Assembly (NCBI GenBank): GCA_000146045.2
Contig: BK006938.2
Location: 288,001 to 352,000, forward strand
Length of the DNA stretch: 64,000 bases
From: TPA_inf: Saccharomyces
Taxonomy: Eukaryota
Direction of reading: 5' to 3'
Shown here: piece by piece, positions 10,417 through 21,801 of the stretch
How positions within the stretch are numbered: position 1 is the stretch's first letter
Layout: each line of letters begins with the position of its first letter
Notes under the pieces: model-generated
Seen by the model: the letters and a program-made list of their open reading frames with translations, nothing else
What the model was told of the DNA's origin: nothing
Databases searched by the model: none
Program-made: the position numbers and the translations under genes

Positions 10417-12003
10417 TTATAGGTCATTCCAACCAAATAACCAATTACTCAGTTTGTGCGTAAAACCAGCAGGTTCATTATTTCTGTATTTCGCTTCTTG
10501 CTGACGCATTTTCGATTCTAGGTTTCGCAACAGATTAGGAATATTCGAATTCGGTCCTGCATTTTGCATGAATGGCAATTTGCCATCTATTACATCCAGC
10601 CGCTTATTCGGAGAATTTGCTACTATTGGACTTGAAATATTTGTTGGATTACCAGCATGACCGGCAGGAGTATTATCGTCTTCCCTCAGAAGAGTGCCAT
10701 CAGTTATTATTACGTTTGGTGGGGATGGTGTATTAGATGTCGACGATGTGGAGGAATTTTGATACATAGAAACGTTGAATTCTCCAATGTCGTCGACATT
10801 ATCAATTTTGCAGCCAGCTAATTGCTCCACCGCATTTTTTGAATATGGGATGCAACCAATCAAAGAACCGCGAAATATGGTTCCATTTTCCTGCAGTGCT
10901 CTCAAAGCAGAAGATGGAGAATTATAAGTGAGTTTGACCCAACTTTCACCAGTAAATATTGGATATTTTTTGTTATTCGACTCATTATTTCTGCCTTTTA
11001 AAGTAATAGATTTATTAACAGTAGAATCGTTTTCATCACAGCCTGTATCATGATTATGGAATATTCTGAAGGTGTTGGGGTTAATCCCGCGACCCAATCG
11101 CAATACTTGAAAGTCTTCCATAATATGACCGAAATGGGAGAAGTGTTCAATCAATTCATTGGAAATTGATTCAGGATAGCCAAATACGATAATTGCGCTC
11201 AAACTAGAAGACTTGGAAGATGTTTCATGGACTTTATTGTTTGTTTCGGCGGTGTTGTAATTATTATCTAAATGGTTCTGTTCAATGTTTGCTATTCTAA
11301 CATAAGAGTCTTTATCAAAAACATTTGGAGTATTTTTGGAATCATAAGCTGACCTATTTGTTTTCTTCGCCGTGTATTTGTCGGTAACAAACTGAGTTGT
11401 TAATGATGGAATAGAACCGAATTCATCCTCGCGTTGCCAATCCTGTAAAGTAACGGAGGGTGGAATATCGTTAAAATTTGACAACAGAGAATTGATGTCA
11501 TTATTTGCCGCAGACTTATTTCTTTCATTATGCTTGGAATCTTGATTTTGCTTACTGAAATTTCTCATAGTAGCGTTCATAGAAGATGAATCATCATTCT
11601 GGTTGATGTCAGAAGAAGAATTTTGCTTTGTTGTCTTCCTTCTTATCACCGTATGAGGAGTGAATCTCTTTTTAGGATTATTCACCCAGCTAGGATTATT
11701 CCCTTGGCCATGTTGGCTTATGTTATTTGTGCCGTTTTTAATGTTGTTGTTGTTGATGCTATTGTTACCGATATTACTACTATAGTTATTGGCGTTTACA
11801 GTATTGGAAAGTGAGTTTCCAAATCGTAAAGAACTTGCATCGGATGATCCATTGAATTGCAAGTGTTGCTGCTGTTGTTGTGGTTGCGGTTGCGGTTGTG
11901 GCTGCAACTGTGATTGCGATTGAAACATCTGGGTTGTCTGTGGTGCTTGCGACGTGAGGTTAGTAAATCCACCGTTATTATTGCCTGAACGTATTCCAAA
12001 CAT
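10417..12003 (-). CDS. ASM4: FG-nucleoporin-like protein with an N-terminal Gln/Pro/Asn-rich low-complexity region, 528 aa
   Basis: 528-aa ORF. The N-terminus is QSQSQLQPQPQPQPQQQQQ plus N/S-rich tracts; the C-terminal region has an RRM-like fold. Matches YDL088C. Confidence 0.8.
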   Translation of the reverse strand: MFGIRSGNNNGGFTNLTSQAPQTTQMFQSQSQLQPQPQPQPQQQQQHLQFNGSSDASSLRFGNSLSNTVNANNYSSNIGNNSINNNNIKNGTNNISQHGQGNNPSWVNNPKKRFTPHTVIRRKTTKQNSSSDINQNDDSSSMNATMRNFSKQNQDSKHNERNKSAANNDINSLLSNFNDIPPSVTLQDWQREDEFGSIPSLTTQFVTDKYTAKKTNRSAYDSKNTPNVFDKDSYVRIANIEQNHLDNNYNTAETNNKVHETSSKSSSLSAIIVFGYPESISNELIEHFSHFGHIMEDFQVLRLGRGINPNTFRIFHNHDTGCDENDSTVNKSITLKGRNNESNNKKYPIFTGESWVKLTYNSPSSALRALQENGTIFRGSLIGCIPYSKNAVEQLAGCKIDNVDDIGEFNVSMYQNSSTSSTSNTPSPPNVIITDGTLLREDDNTPAGHAGNPTNISSPIVANSPNKRLDVIDGKLPFMQNAGPNSNIPNLLRNLESKMRQQEAKYRNNEPAGFTHKLSNWLFGWNDL

Positions 12004-12213
12004 TTTAATTTGCCGTTCCTTGTTTTCAGGTTACAGAGAAAAAAAAAAAAAGAGAGCGAATAAAAAACTTAAATAGATAGGGAAACGATATGTCTACCTT
12101 ATCGGGAAATAAACTATGCAGAGGTATGTGTGTGATATTCACAAACCTTTCTTCTTTCATAAGTACTCTCCTTCGAACAAAATTTTTCTAGCATCATTTT
12201 TTTATGTATGGCC

Positions 12214-12999
12214 CTACACAAAGCGTCTTCCGGGTAGTGTAGTAGCTGTCTTGCTGGCGTTAGTTGTCCGGTTATTCTTCATTAGCCGATCATAATCCTC
12301 TCTCATCTTGACATATCCCAGATGAATCTTCCCCAAGAAGTGGTCAGCAAGCCTTCTGTCTGTATCTAAACGCGATAGGTATGCCCCACACACCTCGCAA
12401 ACCTGTAACTTTTGCTGGGCGCTCTGGCCCACGTTTTCTGTAATGTTTCGTACACGTTTTGCAACTTCTTTCCTTTTACTAATCAGTTCTTGTAATTTGA
12501 CTGACTGTAGCATACCCATACTGACTTCATCTGCACGAATTAAAGAATCAATCTCTTGTCCCATTAGGCCTATCCGCACGTCCAAGACATCTAGTTCTTC
12601 GGTAACCTGCTGAATCTTCATTCGTTCCTCAGCGGTGTGTTTTAGATTTTGTAGTGCTACGGATATCTGGCCATTACACTCATTAACAAACCGAGATAGA
12701 ATGGCCAGATATTCTCTTTCGAATTCGGGAAACGTTTTGCCCTGCTTGACCTCTCTCTCGTACTGAATTTTATGCTTGGTAAGATGCATCTGCGGGCATT
12801 TTCCCAGGCTCTGCTTGGTGCCCTGAAACAGGTCGTAGGGGCACTCGCCAACAAGGTATGACTTGCAGATCTTGGGATCGTGTAGTCCGAGGTCTCTTTT
12901 TTGATGCGAATACCTGTTGTGGCGGAAACTGAAGTCCCTGCCCATCAGCTGTTCGACGAGTTTGCGTTGTTCTGCGGCAGGCGTTGACATAGTTGACAT
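12214..12999 (-). CDS. LUC7: U1 snRNP protein Luc7, 261 aa, with CCCH/C2H2-type zinc fingers
   Basis: 261 aa, with a Cys motif (CKSYLVGECPYDLF) near the N-terminus and CEVCGAYLSRLDTDRRLADHFLGKIH. Matches the LUC7 family and YDL087C in length. Confidence 0.85.
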   Translation of the reverse strand: MSTMSTPAAEQRKLVEQLMGRDFSFRHNRYSHQKRDLGLHDPKICKSYLVGECPYDLFQGTKQSLGKCPQMHLTKHKIQYEREVKQGKTFPEFEREYLAILSRFVNECNGQISVALQNLKHTAEERMKIQQVTEELDVLDVRIGLMGQEIDSLIRADEVSMGMLQSVKLQELISKRKEVAKRVRNITENVGQSAQQKLQVCEVCGAYLSRLDTDRRLADHFLGKIHLGYVKMREDYDRLMKNNRTTNASKTATTLPGRRFV

Positions 13000-13345
13000 T
13001 CTGACGGTAGTTGGCAGCTTTCTGCTGGGAGTGTAGAGCCTTTTGTAGTATAACTTTTTGTTCTTTTCTTTCTTCTCTAATGCCTGAGGCTTCGGCGGTT
13101 ATTCGGGTAATACATTAAGGAAGTTGCCATGATGTGGAAGAATACGACTAGTCAGTTAGCGATGGCCAGCTCCTTTACCTAAATCATGTGGCCTATCTTC
13201 AGATAGCATACTACCACCAACCATCAATACCTCAATGGCTTTCAACAAGTACCCTTCGTCGGGTTTTCAGCTTTTTTCCTACTTTGCTGGATGCTTTGTG
13301 AAGATCAGGAAGAAATTTTATCGGAAAAACCTCACTAGGAGAAAC

Positions 13346-13353
13346 TATATAAA
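13346..13353 (+). promoter_or_regulatory. Candidate TATA box (TATATAAA) about 65 bp upstream of the YDL086W ATG
   Basis: Consensus TATA element in the 5' region. Called by position only. Confidence 0.35.
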
Positions 13354-13412
13354 AGAAGGGTCAGACTGAAAATGACGCCGTAATAAACTCGTGGTAGTAG
13401 ATAAAGCAAACA

Positions 13413-14234
13413 ATGTTGATTACTGAGACCTTTCATGATGTGCAGACATCATACGGCACCACTCTGCGTATATACGTATATTCTCCTAAGATTGCAGGCT
13501 ATCCACAAGCTAAGTTTCCTGGGGTGATTCTGTACAGTGAAATTTACCAAGTGACGGGTCCGGTTCGTCGTTTTGGTCAAAGAATTGCGTCTGAAGGTTA
13601 CGTTGTGGTGGCACCTGCCATATACCACAACTTTATGGGCCCTGAAGCGTTGCCCTATGACGTGCAGGGTACCGATATTGGTAACGAGTACAAGATCAAG
13701 AAGCCGTTAGAATCATACGATGAGGACAACAAACTGTGTTGCGATCTACTTTTCCAGTTACCCCAATTCGATGGTAAGAGAATTGGTTCCACAGGAATGT
13801 GTTTAGGTGGCCATTTGGCTTTTAGAGCGCTCCTGGACAAAAGGGTTACCTGCGCAACCTGCTTCTTCCCTACCGACATCCATTCCAGAACCTTAGGTCT
13901 TGGCCAGAACGATAACTCTTTGGAACGTGTTTCGAAGGAGTTGGGTAATAACCAAGAAATGGTTTTGATCTTCGGAACTGCGGACACCCATGTCGACCCG
14001 CAAGGCCGCGATCTAATCAGAAAGACCCTCAGAGACCACGGAGTAAAGTTTACGTTCTTGGAAATCCTGGCTGCCCAGCATGCGTTCATCCGTGACGAGT
14101 TCAGCAAGGGCAGGTTCGACTCCGCTATCACTCAAAGTTGTCTCGGCTTCTTGTTCGAGCAGTTCAACAGAAAATTGAGAATCGATTTGGGTGAATTTGT
14201 CGATGACAATACACCTTTGGAGCACGTTTGTTAA
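13413..14234 (+). CDS. Uncharacterised dienelactone-hydrolase-family protein, 273 aa
   Basis: 273-aa ORF with a GxCxG nucleophile elbow ([12 protein letters not shown]), as in Cys-His-Asp dienelactone hydrolases. Position corresponds to YDL086W. Confidence 0.8.
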
Positions 14235-14323
14235 GATCTTCACTCTGTACACGCTATATACTAAATAACAATAAGAAAAAGAAAAAGAAGCACAATATAG
14301 GAAAGCGTTCTAATTAACTAAAG

Positions 14324-14356
14324 AAAAAAAAAAAATAAAAAAAAAATAAAAAAAAG
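14324..14356. repeat. A-rich homopolymeric tract (A13, A10, A8 separated by single bases) in the shared 3' region of YDL086W and YDL085C-A
   Basis: Read directly from the sequence. Confidence 0.85.
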
Positions 14357-14463
14357 GTAACTAAAAAGGACAAAAAACATAACAGCTGTTTATAAAGTAC
14401 TTTATACGTAAGAAACTACTGGCACTATTCATTCCAATAAAAGGACAGGTATAAAGTGTCTGC

Positions 14464-14670
14464 TTATCTTCTCGTCTTTTCGGCTTTTAACTTCTCAAGC
14501 TTTTCAGCCTCTCTTCTAGCATCTGCGGCGGCCTGCTTTTGTCTCAAGATTTCGGCGTCTGACTCCATTCTTTTCTTAGGATCACCACTCTTTTTCTGGT
14601 TCTTAGCCATGTCCTTTTGTTTTTTCAAGTTTTTTTGTCTTGCCAAGTCTCTTTGATTACCTCTAGCCAT
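14464..14670 (-). CDS. Small basic protein of the 4F5/SERF family, 68 aa
   Basis: MARGNQRDLARQKNLKKQKD... is a highly basic, Lys/Arg-rich 68-aa ORF whose N-terminal MARGNQR-L-R-KN motif is typical of the SERF/4F5 family. Position corresponds to YDL085C-A. Confidence 0.7.
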   Translation of the reverse strand: MARGNQRDLARQKNLKKQKDMAKNQKKSGDPKKRMESDAEILRQKQAAADARREAEKLEKLKAEKTRR

Positions 14671-15104
14671 TGTTAAAGATGTATCGTCTTGCGACGTAAT
14701 TTGTTGCTCTGTGTAGTATTGATCTTGTTGGTATTGCTAGAAATGCTTCAGCAATACTGTATAAAATATGGAAACGTTGCCATGGCAAGACAAAAGAAGT
14801 GATCTTGAGTGAAATAATAGAGCCCGGATGGCCGGGTAAATTCAACCGCTCGTACCGTTTATAATACGCATAAACGCCGAAAATGTCTCTATTTTAGTCA
14901 TTCCCCAGAGTGCGGTATTGCGTACACCTGTCATGCGTTCCTTAGTGCCGATAGATATACTAATATCGATGCGTCACAGTAGCAGATCATCTCTGACACT
15001 TGTTTCCCCATTTTTTTTTTTCATTTTTTAAAGGGTTTCTCTACAGCCTACAGGCCTCCCCTAATAAGTCAGCCCCTCCCTTTGGAGTGCGCTGTTGACC
15101 TGCG

Positions 15105-15112
15105 TATATAAG
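15105..15112 (+). promoter_or_regulatory. Candidate TATA box (TATATAAG) about 100 bp upstream of the NDE2 ATG
   Basis: Consensus TATA(A/T)A(A/T)(A/G) in the NDE2 5' region. Called by position only. Confidence 0.35.
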
Positions 15113-15210
15113 AGGTATATCAGTGCCAGTAGGTAAACCCATCTTGCGGGGATTGTACCAGGAACATAGTAGAAAGACAAAAACAACCACCGTACTTGCC
15201 ATTCGTATAG

Positions 15211-16848
15211 ATGCTGCCCAGACTTGGTTTTGCGAGGACTGCTAGGTCCATACACCGTTTCAAGATGACCCAGATCTCTAAACCTTTTTTCCATTCCACT
15301 GAAGTTGGTAAGCCCGGACCACAGCAGAAGCTATCGAAATCTTACACTGCGGTATTCAAGAAATGGTTTGTCAGAGGTTTAAAGTTAACCTTTTACACGA
15401 CGTTGGCCGGCACATTGTATGTGTCATACGAGCTGTACAAAGAATCGAACCCACCCAAACAGGTTCCCCAATCGACCGCTTTTGCTAATGGTTTGAAAAA
15501 GAAGGAGCTGGTTATTTTGGGTACAGGCTGGGGCGCCATATCTCTTTTGAAGAAATTAGACACGTCTTTGTATAACGTGACCGTGGTGTCGCCAAGAAGC
15601 TTCTTTTTGTTCACACCGTTATTACCCTCAACGCCTGTGGGTACGATAGAGATGAAGTCTATTGTCGAACCGGTTAGATCGATCGCTAGAAGAACGCCTG
15701 GAGAAGTTCACTACATTGAGGCGGAAGCGTTGGACGTTGATCCAAAGGCCAAAAAAGTAATGGTGCAATCGGTGTCAGAGGACGAATATTTCGTTTCGAG
15801 CTTAAGTTACGATTATCTTGTTGTTAGTGTAGGCGCTAAAACCACTACTTTTAACATTCCCGGGGTCTATGGCAATGCTAACTTCTTGAAAGAGATTGAA
15901 GATGCTCAAAATATTCGTATGAAGTTAATGAAAACCATAGAACAGGCAAGTTCATTTCCTGTGAACGATCCGGAAAGGAAGCGATTATTAACGTTCGTGG
16001 TTGTTGGAGGGGGCCCTACGGGGGTTGAATTTGCCGCCGAACTGCAAGATTACATCAATCAAGATTTGAGGAAGTGGATGCCCGACTTAAGTAAAGAAAT
16101 GAAGGTTATCTTAATTGAAGCCCTGCCTAATATCCTAAACATGTTCGATAAGACGTTGATCAAGTATGCCGAGGACCTTTTTGCCAGAGATGAAATTGAC
16201 TTGCAAGTGAATACTGCCGTGAAAGTCGTAGAGCCAACCTATATACGCACTCTGCAAAACGGCCAAACAAACACGGATATCGAATACGGGATGCTGGTTT
16301 GGGCCACGGGAAATGAACCAATCGATTTTTCAAAGACACTGATGAGTAGAATACCGGAGCAAACTAATAGGCGTGGTCTGTTAATTAATGACAAGTTGGA
16401 GCTTCTCGGTTCTGAGAATTCGATTTATGCAATTGGTGATTGTACCGCACACACGGGTTTCTTTCCCACGGCACAAGTTGCACATCAGGAAGGCGAATAC
16501 TTGGCCAAGATCTTGGATAAAAAATTACAGATAGAACAATTGGAATGGGACATGCTCAACAGTACCGATGAAACTGAGGTATCACGTCTACAAAAAGAGG
16601 TTAATTTGAGGAAATCTAAGTTGGATAAGTTCAACTACAAGCATATGGGTGCCCTTGCGTACATCGGCTCTGAAACCGCAATTGCAGATTTGCATATGGG
16701 CGACTCATCATACCAGTTGAAAGGTATGTTTGCCTTCTTGTTTTGGAAATCCGCTTATTTGGCCATGTGTCTCTCTATCAGGAATAGGATTTTAATTGCC
16801 ATGGACTGGACCAAAGTTTACTTTCTTGGAAGGGATTCCTCCGTGTAG
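15211..16848 (+). CDS. NDE2: Mitochondrial external NADH dehydrogenase (type II NADH:ubiquinone oxidoreductase), 545 aa
   Basis: 545 aa with two Rossmann GxGxxG motifs ([12 protein letters not shown] and [16 protein letters not shown]), typical of NDH-2 enzymes. Has an N-terminal mitochondrial presequence. Length matches YDL085W. Confidence 0.85.
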   Translation: MLPRLGFARTARSIHRFKMTQISKPFFHSTEVGKPGPQQKLSKSYTAVFKKWFVRGLKLTFYTTLAGTLYVSYELYKESNPPKQVPQSTAFANGLKKKELVILGTGWGAISLLKKLDTSLYNVTVVSPRSFFLFTPLLPSTPVGTIEMKSIVEPVRSIARRTPGEVHYIEAEALDVDPKAKKVMVQSVSEDEYFVSSLSYDYLVVSVGAKTTTFNIPGVYGNANFLKEIEDAQNIRMKLMKTIEQASSFPVNDPERKRLLTFVVVGGGPTGVEFAAELQDYINQDLRKWMPDLSKEMKVILIEALPNILNMFDKTLIKYAEDLFARDEIDLQVNTAVKVVEPTYIRTLQNGQTNTDIEYGMLVWATGNEPIDFSKTLMSRIPEQTNRRGLLINDKLELLGSENSIYAIGDCTAHTGFFPTAQVAHQEGEYLAKILDKKLQIEQLEWDMLNSTDETEVSRLQKEVNLRKSKLDKFNYKHMGALAYIGSETAIADLHMGDSSYQLKGMFAFLFWKSAYLAMCLSIRNRILIAMDWTKVYFLGRDSSV

Positions 16849-17236
16849 TCCTTGTTTTATATATTCATTGTTCCAATTCAAATTGTTTACTATCATTTAC
16901 GTATTATAACCAGTATTTCCCTTTATTGGTCATGGAAGATTCGCGTTACCCTTACTCGTTAACAGTGATATTATTTGTATATGTGATGAAAATTTAAGAA
17001 AAAAATAGTCGACAACACGCCGAATAAACAAAGGGTTTCTTCAATACCTGATATAGTAGCTAGAGGGCAGAAGTTTGAGGTGATATCTTTCTGAGTGTTG
17101 TTATTTTTGTAAGTCGTAACACGGAACTGTTTGCCTGTTGGAATTTTACGTTACTATTCTCATCGGTATAACTAGCTTATATTCACTTTGGCAATAGGTT
17201 AAAAAAAGCTCGTTCATTTTTTTAAAAACAGCAACG

Positions 17237-18577
17237 ATGTCACACGAAGGTGAAGAAGATTTATTGGAGTACTCCGATAACGAACAAGAAATTCAAATTG
17301 ATGCCTCTAAGGCCGCTGAAGCTGGAGAAACTGGCGCCGCCACTTCTGCAACTGAAGGTGATAATAATAACAACACTGCAGCTGGCGACAAGAAAGGTTC
17401 CTATGTTGGTATCCATTCCACCGGTTTCAAAGATTTCTTGCTAAAGCCAGAACTATCAAGAGCCATCATTGACTGTGGTTTTGAACATCCTTCTGAGGTC
17501 CAGCAACATACCATTCCTCAGTCAATTCATGGTACCGATGTCTTGTGTCAAGCAAAGTCTGGTTTAGGTAAGACAGCTGTCTTTGTCTTATCCACTCTGC
17601 AACAATTGGACCCTGTTCCAGGTGAAGTTGCCGTTGTTGTCATTTGTAATGCTAGAGAACTGGCCTATCAAATTCGTAACGAGTATTTGAGATTTTCCAA
17701 ATATATGCCAGACGTTAAGACAGCAGTCTTTTACGGTGGTACTCCAATTTCTAAGGATGCTGAACTTTTAAAGAATAAAGATACTGCTCCTCACATTGTT
17801 GTTGCAACTCCAGGTCGTTTAAAAGCGTTAGTGAGAGAAAAATACATTGATTTGTCACACGTCAAGAACTTTGTCATAGATGAATGTGATAAGGTTTTAG
17901 AAGAATTAGACATGAGAAGAGATGTGCAAGAAATTTTCAGAGCTACTCCAAGAGACAAACAAGTCATGATGTTTTCAGCCACACTTTCTCAAGAAATTAG
18001 ACCAATTTGTAGACGCTTCTTACAGAATCCATTGGAAATTTTCGTCGATGATGAAGCTAAGCTAACCTTGCACGGGTTGCAACAATATTATATCAAATTA
18101 GAAGAACGTGAAAAGAACCGTAAATTGGCTCAATTATTAGATGATTTGGAGTTCAATCAAGTCATTATTTTCGTTAAATCTACCACAAGAGCTAATGAGT
18201 TGACCAAACTATTAAACGCCTCTAACTTTCCGGCTATCACCGTTCATGGTCATATGAAACAAGAAGAACGTATTGCTCGTTACAAGGCTTTCAAAGATTT
18301 TGAAAAACGTATTTGCGTGTCCACAGATGTTTTTGGTAGAGGTATCGATATTGAACGTATTAATTTAGCCATCAATTACGATTTGACTAATGAAGCTGAC
18401 CAATATTTACATCGTGTCGGTAGAGCTGGTAGATTTGGTACTAAGGGTTTGGCTATTTCATTCGTTTCTTCAAAGGAAGATGAGGAAGTCTTGGCTAAGA
18501 TCCAAGAGCGTTTCGATGTCAAAATCGCTGAATTCCCAGAAGAAGGCATTGATCCGTCCACTTATTTGAATAATTAA
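17237..18577 (+). CDS. SUB2: DEAD-box RNA helicase of the UAP56 family (mRNA export and splicing), 446 aa
   Basis: Helicase motifs read directly: Q motif, AKSGLGKT (motif I), DECD (motif II; Sub2/UAP56 carry DECD rather than DEAD), [16 protein letters not shown]. 446 aa. Confidence 0.92.
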   Translation: MSHEGEEDLLEYSDNEQEIQIDASKAAEAGETGAATSATEGDNNNNTAAGDKKGSYVGIHSTGFKDFLLKPELSRAIIDCGFEHPSEVQQHTIPQSIHGTDVLCQAKSGLGKTAVFVLSTLQQLDPVPGEVAVVVICNARELAYQIRNEYLRFSKYMPDVKTAVFYGGTPISKDAELLKNKDTAPHIVVATPGRLKALVREKYIDLSHVKNFVIDECDKVLEELDMRRDVQEIFRATPRDKQVMMFSATLSQEIRPICRRFLQNPLEIFVDDEAKLTLHGLQQYYIKLEEREKNRKLAQLLDDLEFNQVIIFVKSTTRANELTKLLNASNFPAITVHGHMKQEERIARYKAFKDFEKRICVSTDVFGRGIDIERINLAINYDLTNEADQYLHRVGRAGRFGTKGLAISFVSSKEDEEVLAKIQERFDVKIAEFPEEGIDPSTYLNN

Positions 18578-18925
18578 TAAAGGAAAAAAGATACGTTTTT
18601 ATATAGATTATATAAAGATTTTGTATTATTCAAACGAACAAAACAAACAAAAAAGGGGAAGTGGAAAAAAATTAGCAGTTATAGCGAAAGATTGAGTTTT
18701 TGTTGGAAAATGAACGTAGTGTAGTCATTTCGTGAACGCACAAGACAATTCTATTGGGCATCACATGGCAAAGCATGATAAGGAAATGAAGTTTTGGGAA
18801 TGATTCTAAATTAACGTTTTACCCGTTATAGGAAGATATACAGTATATGTAAGTAAAAAGTTTTTTAATACAATAGATGTGCAAAGAAAAGTGAAGAGAT
18901 TTCTGGAAAAAATCTTGAAATTTTC

Positions 18926-19333
18926 TTAACGGTAAGATTTTTGGAATCTAGAACGAGCACCCTTACCACCGAATTTCTTTGGTTCTGGTCTTCTAGAATC
19001 AGCGATCAACAAAGTTCTGTCGTAAGAGGTGAAGGCCTTCTTCAATTCGTTCTTGGATTGTTCGTCAACGTACTTTTGGTGGTAAGCGACTAAACCCTTA
19101 GCAATAGCTTGTCTGATGGCGTAGACTTGAGAAACATGACCACCACCAGTGACTCTAACTCTGATATCGATGTTGGAGAACTTGTCCAAACCAACCAACA
19201 ATAATGGTTCGTAGACCTTGAATCTTAGGATTTCTGGTTCAACCAAAGTGATTGGAGAACCGTTGACCTTAATCAAACCCTTACCGGCCTTGACGTGGGC
19301 AACAGCGGTAGCTGATTTCTTCTTACCAAAAGT
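18926..19333 (-). CDS. RPS16B: Ribosomal protein S16 (uS9), exon 2
   Basis: Exon 2 continues upstream of track ORF 18926..19276 as [25 protein letters not shown]... Its upstream end sits directly after a CAG acceptor. With exon 1 this gives 143 aa plus stop. Confidence 0.85.
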   Translation of the reverse strand, partial: TFGKKKSATAVAHVKAGKGLIKVNGSPITLVEPEILRFKVYEPLLLVGLDKFSNIDIRVRVTGGGHVSQVYAIRQAIAKGLVAYHQKYVDEQSKNELKKAFTSYDRTLLIADSRRPEPKKFGGKGARSRFQKSYR

Positions 19334-19765
19334 CTGTTATAAAACCAAAAATGAAAAACATTTCGTGTCACATGTTAGTAAAACAGAAATTCAAAATCCT
19401 CAAAAATATTATGAACTGTGTAAAAGGGTGAAACAAGTGAGGTACCCTGGCACTTCCTCTTTGGAGCATTCTGTTCAAAATTCATTGCAAGGGGAGCGAA
19501 TGAATAAATAAGACCGCAAAAGACGCTCATTACTTTACTCCACAGAGAAATTAAGTATAATATTTTCCCACACAATTTATTGGTTATTTCTACTCGGTCT
19601 TTAACGTGTGAAATGGTGATCCGTTGTTCTAAAACTATGATTCGCATCTAGTGCTTGCCCCACCCGTCTTATTCAGGTGATATGGTTCTTAAATTGAAAT
19701 TATCTCACTGCATGGTTTCAATATCCCTCACAAATTCGTGACATCGTTTAAATTATTTAACATAC
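19334..19765 (-). other. RPS16B: RPS16B intron, about 432 nt
   Basis: Donor GTATGT on the minus strand (plus-strand catac at 19761-19765). Branchpoint TACTAAC (plus-strand gttagta near 19373-19379). Acceptor AG at 19334-19336. Confidence 0.8.
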
Positions 19766-19789
19766 TTGGACACTTGGGACGGCAGACAT
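19766..19789 (-). CDS. RPS16B: Ribosomal protein S16, exon 1 (MSAVPSVQ)
   Basis: The minus strand reads ATG TCT GCC GTC CCA AGT GTC CAA followed by GTATGT. This joins in frame to TFGKK in exon 2. Confidence 0.8.
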
Positions 19790-20140
19790 CTTGTTGCTTA
19801 TTCTCTTGCTGTATTTTTCGAAACACTGCTAAATAAAAAGGTATATATTAAATAGTCTACTGCGTAACCTATACATTTTACATGGCATTTACTTTTGACT
19901 TTGCCAGTGTTACTCTCTGCGCTAGGATAATATTCGGTGGTATAGGCTCACGCGGCCTGGCCGGAACGAACTGCTACCAGTTCTGTTTCCCTCAGCTAGA
20001 GGGAAACAGAGAGAATTTCCGCCCAGGTCAAAGGCCACAGCATCCTTCTAGAGGAGGAGCGACAACCTAAGGAAAATTCAGTTTTTCCTAGATCGCATAC
20101 ATTTTTCAACCACTTTTTTTCACAATGCATTATTTTTCAA

Positions 20141-20154
20141 CATGTATGGGTGTT
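20141..20154 (-). promoter_or_regulatory. Rap1 binding site (ACACCCATACATG) in the divergent RPS16B/RPL13A promoter
   Basis: Plus-strand catgtatgggtgtt is the reverse complement of the Rap1 consensus ACACCCATACATTT. It lies between two divergently transcribed ribosomal-protein genes. Confidence 0.65.
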
Positions 20155-20202
20155 TTTTCTGAATATCAGACTCTTTTATGGAGTAAAACAAGCTATTAAT
20201 AT

Positions 20203-20217
20203 GTGACCCATACATTT
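20203..20217 (+). promoter_or_regulatory. Second Rap1-like site (tgACCCATACATTT), opposite orientation to the first
   Basis: Direct match to the Rap1 core ACCCATACATTT, about 50 bp from the first site. Confidence 0.6.
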
Positions 20218-20423
20218 CCTGTTACATCCTTACATATATGCAGGCAATTTTTTGTAGTTAGAAAATTTAATTTTTTTCTAGTCGGAATAATCACAGTAGA
20301 GGTGTGGAAATCTTGGAAAATTTGAAATGATCGGATATTAGCTACTAATCCATTTAAGCTTGCAGCATTCTGTTCGAAGGGGTTTGAGAAAAGCATAGTA
20401 CAGCACAGCAGGAATCGTACACA

Positions 20424-20427
20424 ATGG
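20424..20427 (+). CDS. RPL13A: Ribosomal protein L13, exon 1 (ATG plus 1 nt)
   Basis: acaATGGgtatgt: ATG, then G, then a GTATGT donor. Together with exon 2 the N-terminus reads [16 protein letters not shown]. Confidence 0.8.
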
Positions 20428-20792
20428 GTATGTCTACTATAAAATAATTCAAATCACTTTTGTCATTTCATAGACCAAAGAAGCTCGCTTGTTACCTTAG
20501 AGGATTATACTAGTGCACAAAGGCATGCATAATACAACACACGTTATTGATGAACCTAGAGAGGCTAAAGTTATTTTCTAATAAATCATGAGATTTTTCT
20601 CCTTTTTACAATAACTGAGCAGTCATAGTAATGGCCAAGCAAATTCGAGACAGGACCTTTGTACCACTATTTGCTGAACTCATTGTTAGAGTCTTCTTAG
20701 ATAATATGATAAATTTGGTGTCTAATTGAAACGTCCACTTTTCTGTATACTAACAATTTTTAAAATGGGATCTACCAATTGAATTATATCAG
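20428..20792 (+). other. RPL13A: RPL13A intron, about 365 nt
   Basis: GTATGT donor at 20428, TACTAAC near 20746-20752, acceptor ...atatcAG at 20791-20792. Confidence 0.8.
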
Positions 20793-21388
20793 CCATTTCC
20801 AAGAATTTACCAATCTTAAAGAATCATTTCAGAAAGCACTGGCAAGAACGTGTTAAAGTGCACTTCGACCAAGCTGGTAAGAAGGTTTCTAGACGTAATG
20901 CTAGAGCTACCAGAGCCGCTAAGATTGCTCCAAGACCTCTAGATCTCTTGAGACCTGTTGTTAGAGCCCCAACTGTTAAGTATAACAGAAAGGTCAGAGC
21001 TGGCAGAGGTTTCACCTTGGCTGAAGTTAAGGCCGCTGGTTTGACTGCTGCTTATGCCAGAACTATCGGTATCGCCGTTGACCACAGACGTCAAAACAGA
21101 AACCAAGAAATCTTTGATGCTAACGTTCAAAGATTAAAGGAATACCAATCTAAGATTATTGTTTTCCCAAGAAATGGTAAGGCCCCAGAAGCTGAACAAG
21201 TTTTGTCTGCTGCTGCTACTTTCCCAATTGCTCAACCAGCTACCGATGTTGAAGCTAGAGCTGTCCAAGACAATGGTGAATCTGCTTTCAGAACCTTGAG
21301 ATTAGCCAGATCTGAGAAGAAATTCAGAGGTATCAGAGAAAAGAGAGCTAGAGAAAAGGCTGAAGCTGAAGCTGAAAAGAAGAAATAG
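20793..21388 (+). CDS. RPL13A: Ribosomal protein L13, exon 2
   Basis: CC ATT TCC AAG AAT TTA CCA... continues into track ORF 20858..21388, which starts at a GTG. Exon 1 (4 nt) plus exon 2 (596 nt) equals 600 nt, giving 199 aa plus stop. Confidence 0.85.
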
Positions 21389-21801
21389 ATCTAAAAACTT
21401 CATCAAAGAATTTTTCATCCACAATTTTTGTATTTTCCTTCTTTTTTATCTGTTCAATTTCATAAATAATATATATGTACAATGTATAAACGGGAAGCCA
21501 TCACTTATAATTTATCATTTCCTTAACTTTATAGTCTGGGTGAGAATATGGTTGACAGTATTTTTACAAGTTAGCGCAGTTTTCTTGATATGATGGAACA
21601 TTATTGTATTAGTAGTAGTCAGGTTTGCAGGCTTTTCCTTCGAGCACAACGTGGCATTATATATAGCATAGAAGAGATGCGAAAGATGGTATTGAACAAA
21701 AAGAAAGTACTGTCTTATTGTATTAAAAGCGACTATATAGAAAAATTATAAAAAATTTTAAATGTTAGAATATGCAATTTCTTCTAAACAGTGCGGCACT
21801 T

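Noticed and set aside
13655-14252. 158-aa and 79-aa minus-strand ORFs inside YDL086W
   Set aside because: Antisense overlap with no independent support.
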